NCBI RefSeq assembly: GCF_000315625.1
Contig: NW_005434556.1
Location: forward strand, 44,579-88,087
DNA length: 43,509 nucleotides
Reading direction: 5' to 3'
Origin: Guillardia theta CCMP2712
Taxonomy: Eukaryota; Protista; Cryptophyta
Shown here: positions 11,555-22,833 of the stretch, in pieces
Position numbering within the stretch: position 1 is the first letter of the stretch
Layout of the letters: each line of letters opens with the position of its first letter
Notes under the pieces: model-generated
Told to the model about the DNA's origin: nothing
Database searches by the model: none
Seen by the model: only the letters and a program-made list of their open reading frames with translations
Translations under genes and position numbers: made by a program

Positions 11555-14115
11555 GCCGTCTGGTGTGCGGTACCGGTGAGGGTCGGGCTGGGGTAGTGAG
11601 AGGGACGCGCAGGGGGTACAGAGGGGGAAGAAGGAGGGGTAGGGGCGGAGGGTACCGGTGGGGGGGTAGGGGGGGATGGAGAAAAAGGCGGGAAGATGAA
11701 AGTTTGTGGGTTGGTAGGGGAGGGTATCACAGCTATGACCTGATAGAGGTCTGCTACGAGGTGTCCTAGGACCCGGGGCCTGTGGGGCGGGCCCAACAAC
11801 CCGAGAGAGGCAGTAGAGTCAAGGACAAGGTTGAGTGTGACCCGTCAGGGTAGGAGATGACGGACACACAGCACTCGCTCCTTCACCACCGGCACTCTCA
11901 CTCTTGTATGATCCCCTCGGTGCGAAACCCACGATACAGCCACACGCTCAGCTCAGGGCACGAGCTGCTGTCGGTATCGGTGAGGTGCAGATGCGTCGAG
12001 TCCGCGTGTGGGTCGAGGACCGCGTTCCCAAGAAGCTCAAAGGGTCATGAGTAGGCAACACAACAGCAGTGTGTTGTGACGATGGCGAGTGTGATCAAAG
12101 AGTGAGAGAGAGGCAGAGCAGGAGGTGTGTTTTATTTGAGAGAAGGTGCCGAGATCGTCTCAGTGCCAATGAGTTGCAAATGACAAAGAAAGCGGGACTT
12201 TCAGATCAGGATTGAGAGAAAGGGAAATGAGTCAGCGATAGTTTCCTGATGCTGGTCTGTGATGGAGAGAGGGTCGCCCAGTGGCAGAGCAGCGGCAATA
12301 GTCAACGCACCCGCAGAGAGCCAGAGCCAGAGAGAGCACACAGGACCCCCGTCCTTCTCCTGACCAAGTGCGGGGAAAGGACCCCTCATCAGTACTGCTC
12401 GTACGCCAAAATGGATTGGAGGAAAGCCAACTCTTCGTCGTCATCTCTCAACATGGTACCACCCCGTCTCACTGAGCTCCTTGGCCAGAGGAGCCTCGCG
12501 AGATAAGCTAGAGAGTTGCTACTCTATCAGCACTACTACCCCCGGGTGCTACCTCAGAGCTAACAGTCTACAGCTGACTACCGGTGCTCTTGAGCTCGAT
12601 TCACACTTGACTCCAAAGGTCAGCTGGCGTGCTCACCGACCTTACTTGGCAGGAATCAGAGCCAACCGTCGTCACACCAGCATCTCGATCCATCGTGACA
12701 AGCAAGTCACAACAGAGCGATACTCTAGCGTACTTGAAGGAGGGTCTATCCCCTCCCTACCCTCCTCCAGCCCCAGCCGCCAGGTGTGAGGGAGGGTTGA
12801 CGGGAGGTCTAGGGGTAGGGAGGGAGATAGGGACGGGAGAGGAGAGCAGGCAAGACAAAGAGGCAGGGGGGAAGTCAAACGGCTCATGCTCGATGCCTCA
12901 ATGCAACGGGGATAGGAGAGGAAGCACAAGGGAAACTCGTCGCAAGGCTCACCCGAGACGTGGCTCCCTTCATAGTCCAGCTCCCCAAGCGACAGAGGCC
13001 CTCGGGTCTTGCCCCTTCCATCCCCTCACTCCATTCTTACACCTCACATGCCTTGCTCTCCTTCCTTCCTCCGCGGCAAGAGCTAAGCACACCCCTGCAT
13101 TCCCCTGCTGCAGACCAGGTAGGGTCTGTGCCCCGGTGCGACCCAAGGAGACGACGAGGCAGTCCTTGAGGTGCTTCAGAGGGTCCTTGCGAGGCTTGAG
13201 ACCCGGTTGTTCTCCTGCTTGCTACCACCCCCCTCGCCTCCACAAGCCCCGTCACACCCCTGCTTCCACCCCGAAGGAGGCCGCAGGGTCCTCAGCCGGC
13301 AGGGGTGTTCCGTGTAGGGAACACCGGTAGGGCCGTTGGCCGGGGCTTGACAGCAGGGCCCCGTCAGGGTCCCTCCCCACAGACGGGTACCGCAATGGAG
13401 GCCGGCAAGGGGGGGGAGATAGGTAGGGTAGGGAAGTGAAGTAGACGTCATCGAGCTGCGTTGACTAGATCACTACCAGCATGCGCTCGTCTCTCCTGCT
13501 CGCTAGCACATGACCAGCACTTGCTCGCGTGCCTGGTGCTGGTGCTGGTGCCGGGTAGGTTGCGGGAGATCGTAGCCTTGACCCGAGGGCCGGAGCTGAC
13601 TGCGGTGTAGGGATGACTCAACGCACGGCAGCTCTCCCTCGACCCATCCCCTTCCCGTGACACCTTGCTTGTGCTCCCTCCTGCCTCCTTCCGTCCAGCT
13701 CTCGTCTCCCTACCAGCCTCCTGCTGCGCCTTAGTCGAGCCTTTGCTCAGACCCTTGGCAGGTGATATGCAAGGGGCCGGCGGCGGCAGAGTCTTCGCGC
13801 TCTTCCCGGCTTGGACATCCTTGAGGCCGGGACGAGGGGGAGGTTTGTTTAAGAGAGGCAGACTCCGGCTTGGGATCTGAGGCCCTTGCCCACGACGAGC
13901 TTCTCGCGACGACGTCTACAAGCCTTGTAGGCGGCAAGCAAGCGCCACTCCAAGCAGACTGACGGCTGACGGCAGGCCCGGTCCAAAGCAGAGCCAGACC
14001 GTCTCCCACCATCCCTGCTACTCGTGCGCTAGAGGCCGGGTGAGCATGGTGCAGATGTCTGTCTTTCGCGTGCTCTTCATGTACAAGCCCTGGTCTAGAG
14101 TCCTACCGACTCTCT

Positions 14116-15291
14116 CTACGGGACGGTCGGGAGGCGTCCGATCGACCTACACTCGAAGCATTGCGATCGCTGCTGGGCGTGCTGGCAGAGCACTATCTCT
14201 CCTGCACTCCCGGCGATGAGAGCGGCGAGGTCGGTGCCGGCAGAGAGCATGTGGGCGACGTCTGGCGGGGGCTGGGGGCCGAGGCAGGCGGGAGAGCTTG
14301 CAGCGGGAGACAGCCTGCAGTCCTTGCACTTAGATCGCCTCAGCGCATGGAAACAGATGCTGGCTCCCCCGCACTCCTTGCACTGAGATCGCTGGCGCCC
14401 ATGGATGCAGATGCTGGCTCCCCTGCACTCCTTGCACTTAGCTCGCTCCCGTCCATGGATACAGATGCTGGCTCCCCCGCACTCCTTGCACTGGGATCGT
14501 ATCCGCCCATGGGTACAGATGCTGGCTCCCCCGCACTCCTTGCACTTAGCTCGTTCGCGCCCATGGGTACAGATGCTGGCTCCCCCGCACTCCTTGCACT
14601 GAGATCGCCTCCGCGCATGAATGCAGATGCTGGCTCCCCCGCACTCCTTGCATGTAGATCGCTGGCGCTGATGGGCACAGATGCTGGCTCCCCCGCACTC
14701 CTTGCAGAAAGATCGCTCCCGCCCATGGGCACAGATGCTGGCTCCCCCGCACTCCTTGCACCTAGCTCGCTGGCGCTCATGGGTACAGATGCTGGCTCCC
14801 CCGCACTCCTTGCACTGAGATCGTCTCCGCCCATGGATGCAGATGCTGGCTCCCCCGCACTCCTTGCACTGAGATCGCCTCCGCCCATGGGTACAGATGC
14901 TGGCTCCCCCGCACTCCTTGCACTTATCTCGCTCCCGCCCATGGGTACAGATGCTGGCTCCCCCGCACTCCTTGCAGAAAGATCGCTCCCGCCCATGGGC
15001 ACAGATGCTGGCTCCCCCGCACTCCTTGCACTTAGCTCGCTCCCGCCCATGGGCACAGATGCTGGCTCCCCCGCACTCCTTGCACTGAGATCGTATCCGC
15101 CCGTGCTCGCATGCCTTCCCGGATCCTGTCTGCTTTCTTCCCCCTCCCGGCTGGGCGTCGCCTGCTGCCAGCTTCGTCTCGTGGGCTCCTCCTGGCCCCG
15201 CGGAGCTCTCTGTCCTCGCTCGCTTGCTGCGAGGGCGGGTGGGGCTGGAGGAGCCTCGCGCCATGTCTCGCGTCAGGATCAGCGCAAACAT
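14116..15291 (-). CDS. Cys/His zinc-repeat protein, copy 2 (15 repeats, 391 aa, short C-terminus)
   Basis: ATG of MFALIL at 15291; repeats at 14317-15111; ends GRLPTVP*. Confidence 0.85.
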   Translation of the reverse strand: MFALILTRDMARGSSSPTRPRSKRARTESSAGPGGAHETKLAAGDAQPGGGRKQTGSGKACEHGRIRSQCKECGGASICAHGRERAKCKECGGASICAHGRERSFCKECGGASICTHGRERDKCKECGGASICTHGRRRSQCKECGGASICIHGRRRSQCKECGGASICTHERQRARCKECGGASICAHGRERSFCKECGGASICAHQRQRSTCKECGGASICIHARRRSQCKECGGASICTHGRERAKCKECGGASICTHGRIRSQCKECGGASICIHGRERAKCKECRGASICIHGRQRSQCKECGGASICFHALRRSKCKDCRLSPAASSPACLGPQPPPDVAHMLSAGTDLAALIAGSAGEIVLCQHAQQRSQCFECRSIGRLPTVP

Positions 15292-18134
15292 GCCGTCTGG
15301 TGTGCGGTACCGGTGAGGGTCGGGCTGGGGTAGTGAGAGGGACGCACAGGGGGTACAGAGGAGGGAGAAGGATGGGTAGAAGAGGGTACAGAGGGGGGAG
15401 CAGGAGGGGTAGGAGGGATTGTGTGTAAGGGGGTAGCGAGCTGTACTGGGGTAGGGGCGGAGGGTACCGATGGGGGGGGGGGGGTAGGGGGGTGGAGAAA
15501 AAGGCGGGAAGATGAAAGTTTGTGGGTTGGTAGGGGAGGGTATCACAGCTATGACCTGATCGAGGTCTGCTACGAGCTGTCCTAGGACCCGGGGCCTGTC
15601 GGGCGGGCCCAACAACCCGAGAGAGGCAGTAGAGTCAAGGACAAGGTTGAGTGTGACCCGTCAGGGTAGGAGATGACGGACACACAGCACTCGCTCCTTC
15701 ACCACCGGCACTCTCACTCTTGTATGATCCCCTCGGTGCGAAACCCACGATACAGCCACACGCTCAGCTCAGGGCACGAGCTGCTGTCGGTATCGGTGAG
15801 GTGCAGATGCGTCGAGTCCGCGTGTGGGTCGAGGACCGCGTTCCCAAGAAGCTCAAAGGGTCATGAGGACGCAACACAACAGCAGTGTGTTGTGACGATG
15901 GCGAGTGTGATCAAAGAGTGAGAGAGAGGCAGAGCAGGAGGTGTGTTTTATTTGAGAGAAGATGCCGAGAACGTCTCAGTGCCAATGAGTTGCAAATGAC
16001 AAAGAAAGCGGGACTTTCAGATCAGGATTGAGAGAAAGGGAAATGAGTCAGCGATAGTTTCCTGATGCTGGTCTGTGATGGAGAGAGGGTCGCCCAGTGG
16101 CAGAGCAGCGGCAATAGTCAACGCACCCGCAGAGAGCCAGAGCCAGAGAGAGCACACAGGACCCCCGTCCTTCTCCTGACCAAGTGCGGGGAAAGGACCC
16201 CTCATCAGTACTGCTCGTACGCCAACATGGATTGGAGGAAAGCCAACTCTTCGTCGTCATCTCTCAACATGGTACCACCCCGTCTCACTGAGCTCCTTGG
16301 CCAGAGGAGCCTCGCGAGATAAGCTAGAGAGTTGCTACTCTATCAGCACTACTACCCCCGGGTGCTACCTCAGAGCTAACAGTCTACAGCTGACTACCGG
16401 TGCTCTTGAGCTCGATTCACACTTGACTCCAAAGGTCAGCTGGCGTGCTCACCGACCTTACTTGGCAGGAATCAGAGCCAACCGTCGTCACACCAGCATC
16501 TCGATCCATGGTGACAAGCAAGTCACAACAGAGCGATACTCTAGCGTACTTGAAGGAGGGTCTATCCCCTCCCTACCCTCCTCCAGCCCCAGCCGCCAGG
16601 TGTGAGGGAGGGGGTTGACGGGAGGTCTAGGGGTAGGGAGGGAGATAGGGACGGGAGAGGAGAGCAGGCAAGACAAAGAGGCAGGGGGGAAGTCAAACGG
16701 CTCATGCTCGATGCCTCAACGCAACGGGGATAGGAGAACACACACAAGCGTTGAGGGAAGCATAAGGGAAACTCGTCGCAAGGCTCACCCGAGACGTGGC
16801 TCCCTTCATAGTCCAGCTCCCCAAGCGACAGAGGCCCTCGGGTCTTGCCCCTTCCATCCCCTCACTCCATTCTTACACCTCACATGCCTTGCTCTCCTTC
16901 CTTCCTCCGCGGCAAGAGCTAAGCACACCCCTCCATTCCCCTGCTGCAGACCAGGTAGGGTCTGTGCCCCGGTGCGACCCAAGGAGACGACGAGGCAGTC
17001 CTTGAGGTGCTTCAACCGGTAAGGCCGTTGGCCGGGGCCTGACAGCAGGGCCCCTTCAGGGTCCCTTCCCACAGACGGGTACCGCAATGGAGGCCGGCAA
17101 GGGGGGGGGGAGATAGGTAGGGTAGGGAAGTGAAGTAGACGTCATCGAGCTGCGTTGACTAGATCACTACCAGCATGCGCTCGACTCTCCTGCTCGCTAG
17201 CACATGACCAGCACTTGCTCGCGTGCCTGGTGCTGGTGCTGGTGCCGGGTAGGTTGCGGGAGATCGTAGACGGATGGCGGTACGGACATGGAGGACGTCG
17301 GCATGGCGCGGTGTGAGACAGACAGGCCTGCATGGGTCAGCTGGCATCGATCGACTTGCGTGGAGCAGCCGCACGAGCGTCCTCCTCCTCTACGCGCGCG
17401 GGGGGCAAGAAGCGAGAGGCTGCTCGAAGGCTCCTTGCCTTGCGTGCAGGAGCTCCGTCGGTGGAGGGTCTTGATCGTGAGAGAAGCCCCACCCCTTGCA
17501 TCCGGTGGACATGATCTGTACCTCCACCATCAGACCTCGAGGAGGTGTGCGGTATGAGCCTTGACCCGAGGGCCGGAGCGGACTGCGGTGTAGGGAGAGC
17601 TCCTCGACTAGCGTCGATGCCGGAGCTGACTGCGGTGTAGGGATGACTCAACGCACGGCAGCTCTCCCTCGACCCATCCCCTTCCCGTGACACCTTGCTT
17701 GTGCTCCCTCCTGCCTCCTTCCGTCCAGCTCTCGTCTCCCTACCAGCCTCCTGCTGCGCCTTAGTCGAGCCTTTGCTCAGACCCTTGGCAGGTGATATGG
17801 AAGGGACCGGCGGCGGCAGAGTCTTCGCGCTCTTCCCGGCCCTTGGACATCCTTGAGGCCGGGACGAGGGGGAGGTTTGTTTCAGAGAGGCAGACTCCGG
17901 CTTGGGATCTGAGGCCCTTGCCCACGACGAGCTTCTCGCGACGACGTCTACAAGCCTTGTAGGCGGCAAGCAAGCGCCACTCCTAGCAGACTGACGGCTG
18001 ACGGCAGGCCCGGTCCGAAGCATAGCCAGACCGTCTCCCACCATCCCTGCTACTCGTGCGCTAGAGGCCGGGTGAGCATGGTGCAGATGTCTGTCTTTCG
18101 CGTGCTCTTCATGTACAAGCCCTGGTCTAGAGTC

Positions 18135-19124
18135 CTACCGACTCTCTCTACGGGACGGTCGGGACTGACGAGCCGGGGCCGGGCGTCCGATCGACCTACA
18201 CTCGAAGCATTGCGATCGCTGCTGGGCGTGCTGGCAGAGCACTATCTCTCCTGCACTCCCGGCGAAGAGAGCGGCGAGGTCGGTGCCGGCAGAGAGCATG
18301 TGGGCGACGTCTGGCGGGGGCTGGGGGCCGAGGCAGGCGGGAGAGCTTGCAGCGGGAGGCAGCCTGCAGTCCTTGCATGTAGATCGCCTCCGCCCATGGA
18401 TACAGATGCTGGCTCCCCCGCACTCCTTGCATTGAGATCGTATCCGCCCATGGGCACAGATGCTGGATCCCCCGCACTCCTTGCACTTAGCTCGCTGGCG
18501 CGCATGGGTACAGATGCTGGCTCCCCCGCACTCCTTGCACTGAGATCGCTGGCGCCCATGGGTACAGATGCTGGCTCCCCCGCACTCCTTGCACTTATCT
18601 CGCAGGCGCTGATGGATGCAGATGCTGGCTCCCCCGCACTCCTTGCATCGAGATCGCTGGCGCTGATGGATGCAGATGCTGGCTCCCCCGCACTCCTTGC
18701 ACTTAGCTCGCTCCCGCCCATGGGTACAGATGCTGGATCCCCCGCACTCCTTGCACTTAGCTCGCTCGCGCTGATGGATGCAGATGCTGGATCCCCCGCA
18801 CTCCTTGCACTTATCTCGCTGGCGCCCATGGGTACAGATGCTGGCTCCCCCGCACTCCTTGCATCGAGATCGCAGGCGCTGATGGATGCAGATGCTGGCT
18901 CCCCCGCACTCCTTGCACTTAGCTCGCTCCCGCCCGTGCTCGCATGCCTTCCCGGATCCTGACTGCTTTCCTCCTCTTCCCGGCTGGGCCTCGCCTGCTG
19001 CCAGCTTCGTCTCGTGGGCTCCTCCTGGCCTCGCGGAGCTCTCTGTCCTCGCTCGCTTGCTGCGAGGGCGGGAGGGGCTGGAGGAGCCTCGCGCCATGTC
19101 TCGCGTCAGGATCAGCGCAAACAT
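18135..19124 (-). CDS. Cys/His zinc-repeat protein, copy 3 (11 repeats, 329 aa)
   Basis: Open ORF; repeats at 18366-18944. Confidence 0.85.
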   Translation of the reverse strand: MFALILTRDMARGSSSPSRPRSKRARTESSARPGGAHETKLAAGEAQPGRGGKQSGSGKACEHGRERAKCKECGGASICIHQRLRSRCKECGGASICTHGRQRDKCKECGGSSICIHQRERAKCKECGGSSICTHGRERAKCKECGGASICIHQRQRSRCKECGGASICIHQRLRDKCKECGGASICTHGRQRSQCKECGGASICTHARQRAKCKECGGSSICAHGRIRSQCKECGGASICIHGRRRSTCKDCRLPPAASSPACLGPQPPPDVAHMLSAGTDLAALFAGSAGEIVLCQHAQQRSQCFECRSIGRPAPARQSRPSRRESR

Positions 19125-21927
19125 GCCGTCTGGTGTGCGGTACCGGTGAGGGTCGGGCTGGGGTACTGAGAGGGACGCGCAGGGGGTACATAGAGGGCAG
19201 AAGGAGGGGTAGGGGGTAGCGAGCTGTACCGGGGTAGGGGCGGAGGGTACTGGTGGGGAGGGTAGGGGGGTGGAGAAAAAGGCGGGAAGATGAAAGTTTG
19301 TGGGTTGGTAGGGGAGGGTATCACAGCTATGACCTGATAGAGGTCTGCTACGAGCTGTCCTAGGACCCGGGGCCTGTCGGGCGGGCCCAACAACCCGAGA
19401 GAGGCAGTAGAGTCAAGGACAAGGTTGAGTGTGACCCGTCAGGGTAGGAGATGACGGACACACAGCACTCGCTCCTTCACCACCGGCACTCTCACTCTTG
19501 TATGATCCCCTCGGTGCGAAACCCACGATACAGCCACACGCTCAGCTCAGGGCACGAGCTGCTGTCGGTATCGGTGAGGTCCAGATGCGTCGAGTCCGCG
19601 TGTGGGTCGAGGACCGCGTTCCCAAGAAGCTCAAAGGGTCATGAGGACGCAACACAACAGCAGTGTGTTGTGACGATGGCGAGTGTGATCAAAGAGTGAG
19701 AGAGAGGCAGAGCAGGAGGTGTGTTTTATTTGAGAGAAGATGCCGAGATCGTCTCAGTGCCAATGAGTTGCAAATGACAAAGAAAGCGGGACTTTCAGAT
19801 CAGGATTGAGAGAAAGGGAAATGAGTCAGCGATAGTTTCCTGATGCTGGTCTGTGATGGAGAGAGGGTCGCCCAGTGGCAGAGCAGCGGCAATAGTCAAC
19901 TGCTCGTACGCCAACATGGATTGGAGGAAAGCCAACTCTTCGTCGTCATCTCTCAACATGGTACCACCCCGTCTCACTGAGCTCCTTGGCCAGAGGAGCC
20001 TCGCGAGATAAGCTAGAGAGTTGCTACTCTATCAGCACTACTACCCCCGGGTGCTACCTCAGAGCTAAGAGTCTACAGCTGACTACCGGTGCTCTTGAGC
20101 TCGATTCACACTTGACTCCAAAGGTCAGCTGGCGTGCTCACCGACCTAACTTGGCAGGAATCAGAGCCAACCGTCGTCACACCAGCATCTCGATCCATGG
20201 TGACAAGCAAGTCACAACAGAGCGATACTCTAGCGTACTTGAAGGAGGGTCTATCCCCTCCCTACCCTCCTCCAGCCCCAGCCGCCAGGTGTGAGGGAGG
20301 GGGTTGACGGGAGGTCTAGGGGTAGGGAGGGAGATAGGGACGGGAGAGGAGAGCAGGCAAGACAAAGAGGCAGGGGGGAAGTCAAACGGCTCATGCTCGA
20401 TGCCTCAACGCAACGGGGATAGGAGAACACACACAAGCGTTGAGGGAAGCACAAGGGAAACTCGTCGCAAGGCTCATCCGAGACGTGGCTCCCTTCATAG
20501 TCCAGCTCCCCAAGCGACAGAGGCCCTCGGGTCTTGCCCCTTCCATCCCCTCACTCCATTCTTACACCTCACATGCCTTGCTCTCCTTCCTTCCTCCGCG
20601 GCAAGAGCTAAGCACACCCCTCCATTCCCCTGCTGCAGACCAGGTAGGGTCTGTGCCCCGGTGCGACCCAAGGAGACGACGAGGCAGTCCTTGAGGTGCT
20701 TCAGAGGGTCCTTGCGAGGGTTGAGACCCGGTTGTTCTCCTGCTTGCTACCACCCCCCTCGCCTCCACAAGCCCCGTCACACCCCTGCTTCCACCCCGAA
20801 GGAGGCCGCAGGGTCCTCAGCCGGCAGGGGTGTTCCGTGTAGGGAACACCGGTAGGGCCGTTGGCCGGGGCCTGACAGCAGGGCCCCCCCTCCCCACAGA
20901 CGGGTACCGCAATGGAGGCCGGCAAGGGAGGGAGAGATAGGTAGGGTAGGGAAGTGAAGTAGACGTCATCGAGCTGCGTTGACTAGATCACTACCAGCAT
21001 GTGCTCGACTCTCCTGCTCGCTAGCACATGACCAGCACTTGCTCGCGTGCCTGGTGCTGGTGCTGGTGCCGGGTAGAATGCGGGAGATCGTAGACGGATG
21101 GCGGTACGGTACGGACATGGAGGACGTCGGCATGGCGCGGTGTGAGACAGACAGGCCTGCATGGGTCAGCTGGCATCCATCGACTTGCGTTTAGCAGCCG
21201 CACGAGCGTCCTCATCCTCTACGCGCGCGGGGGGCAAGAAGCGTGAGGCTGCTCGAAGGCTCCTTGCCTTGCGTGCAGGAGCTCCGTCGGTGGAGGGTCT
21301 TGATCGTGAGAGAAGCTTCACCCCTTGCGTCCGGTGGACATGATCTGTACCTCCACCATCAGACCTCGAGGAGGTGTGCGGTATGAGCCTTGACCCGAGG
21401 GCCGGAGCTGACTGCGGTGTAGGGATGACTCAACGCACGGCAGCTCTCCCTCGACCCATCCCCTTCCCGTGACACCTTGCTTGTGCTCCCTCCTGCCTCC
21501 TTCCGTCCAGCTCTCGTCTCCCTACCAGCCTCCTGCTGCGCCTTAGTCGAGTCTTTGCTCAGACCCTTGGCAGGTGATATGCAAGGGACCGGCGGCGGCA
21601 GAGTCTTCGCGCTCTTCCCGGCTTGGACAGGCTTGAGGCCGGGACGAGGGGGAGGTTTGTTTCAGAGAGGCAGACTCCGGCTTGGGATCTGAGGCCCTTG
21701 TCCACGACGAGCTTCTCGCGACGACGTCTACAAGCCTTGTAGGCGGCAAGCAAGCGCCACTTCTAGCAGACTGACGGCTGACGGCTGGCCCGGTCCAAAG
21801 CAGAGCCAGACCGTCTCCCACCATCCCTGCTACTCGTGCGCTAGAGGCCGGGTGAGCATGGTGCAGATGTCTGTCTTTCGCGTGCTCTTCATGTACAAGC
21901 CCTGGTCTAGAGTCCTACCGACTCTCT

Positions 21928-22833
21928 CTACGGGACGGTCGGGAGGCGTCCGATCGACCTACACTCGAAGCATTGCGATCGCTGCTGGGCGTGCTGGCAG
22001 AGCACTATCTCTCCTGCACTCCCGGCGAAGAGAGCGGCGAGGTCGGTGCCGGCAGAGAGCATCTGGGCGACGTCTGGCAGGGGCTGGGGGCCGAGGCAGG
22101 CGGGGGGGCTTGCAGCGGGAGACAGCCTGCAGTCCTTGCATGTAGATCGCCTCCGCGCATGGATACAGATGCTGGCTCCCCCGCACTCCTTGCATCGAGA
22201 TCGTATCCGCGCATGGGTACAGATGCTGGATCCCCCGCACTCCTTGCACTGAGATCGTCTCCGCGCATGGGTACAGATGCTGGCTCCCCCGCACTCCTTG
22301 CACTGAGATCGTCTCCGCCCATGGGTACAGATGCTGGCTCCCCCGCACTCCTTGCACTTAGCTCGCTGGCGCCCATGGATGCAGATGCTGGCTCCCCCGC
22401 ACTCCTTGCACTTAGCTCGCTCCCGCCCATGGGCACAGATGCTGGCTCCCCCGCACTCCTTGCACTTATCTCGCTGGCGCCCATGGGCACAGATGCTGGC
22501 TCCCCCGCACTCCTTGCACTTAGCTCGCTCCCGCCCATGGGTACAGATGCTGGCTCCCCCGCACTCCTTGCATCGAGATCGCCTGCGCCCATGGGTACAG
22601 ATGCTGGCTCCCCCGCACTCCTTGCACTGAGATCGTATCCGCCCGTGCTCGCATGCCTTCCCGGATCCTGACTGCTTTCTTCCCCCTCCAGGCTGGGCCT
22701 CGCCTGCTGCCAGCTTCGTCTCGTGGGCTCCTCCTGGCCCCGTGGAGCTCTCTGTCCTCGCTCGCTTGCTGCGAGGGCGGGAGGGGCTGGAGGAGCCTCG
22801 CGCCATGTCTCGCGTCAGGATCAGCGCAAACAT
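21928..22833 (-). CDS. Cys/His zinc-repeat protein, copy 4 (10 repeats, 301 aa, short C-terminus)
   Basis: ATG at 22833; repeats at 22129-22653. Confidence 0.85.
   Translation of the reverse strand: MFALILTRDMARGSSSPSRPRSKRARTESSTGPGGAHETKLAAGEAQPGGGRKQSGSGKACEHGRIRSQCKECGGASICTHGRRRSRCKECGGASICTHGRERAKCKECGGASICAHGRQRDKCKECGGASICAHGRERAKCKECGGASICIHGRQRAKCKECGGASICTHGRRRSQCKECGGASICTHARRRSQCKECGGSSICTHARIRSRCKECGGASICIHARRRSTCKDCRLSPAASPPACLGPQPLPDVAQMLSAGTDLAALFAGSAGEIVLCQHAQQRSQCFECRSIGRLPTVP

Noticed and set aside
11580-11725. Interstitial telomere repeat
   Set aside because: The GGGGTA-like words are irregular and do not form a fixed tandem telomeric unit.
13576-13600. cttgacccgagggccgg in the spacer resembles right-flank cttgacccggcgggccgg (~33466)
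   Set aside because: It is a short GC-rich match with an indel. I cannot distinguish it from chance or a common promoter motif without a computed test.
15292-15615. N-terminal extensions of zinc ORFs in copies 2, 4 and 7
   Set aside because: They use non-ATG starts running through the length-variable G/C tract and are not in frame in other copies. The shared ATG (MFALIL, or the downstream MARG) is preferred.
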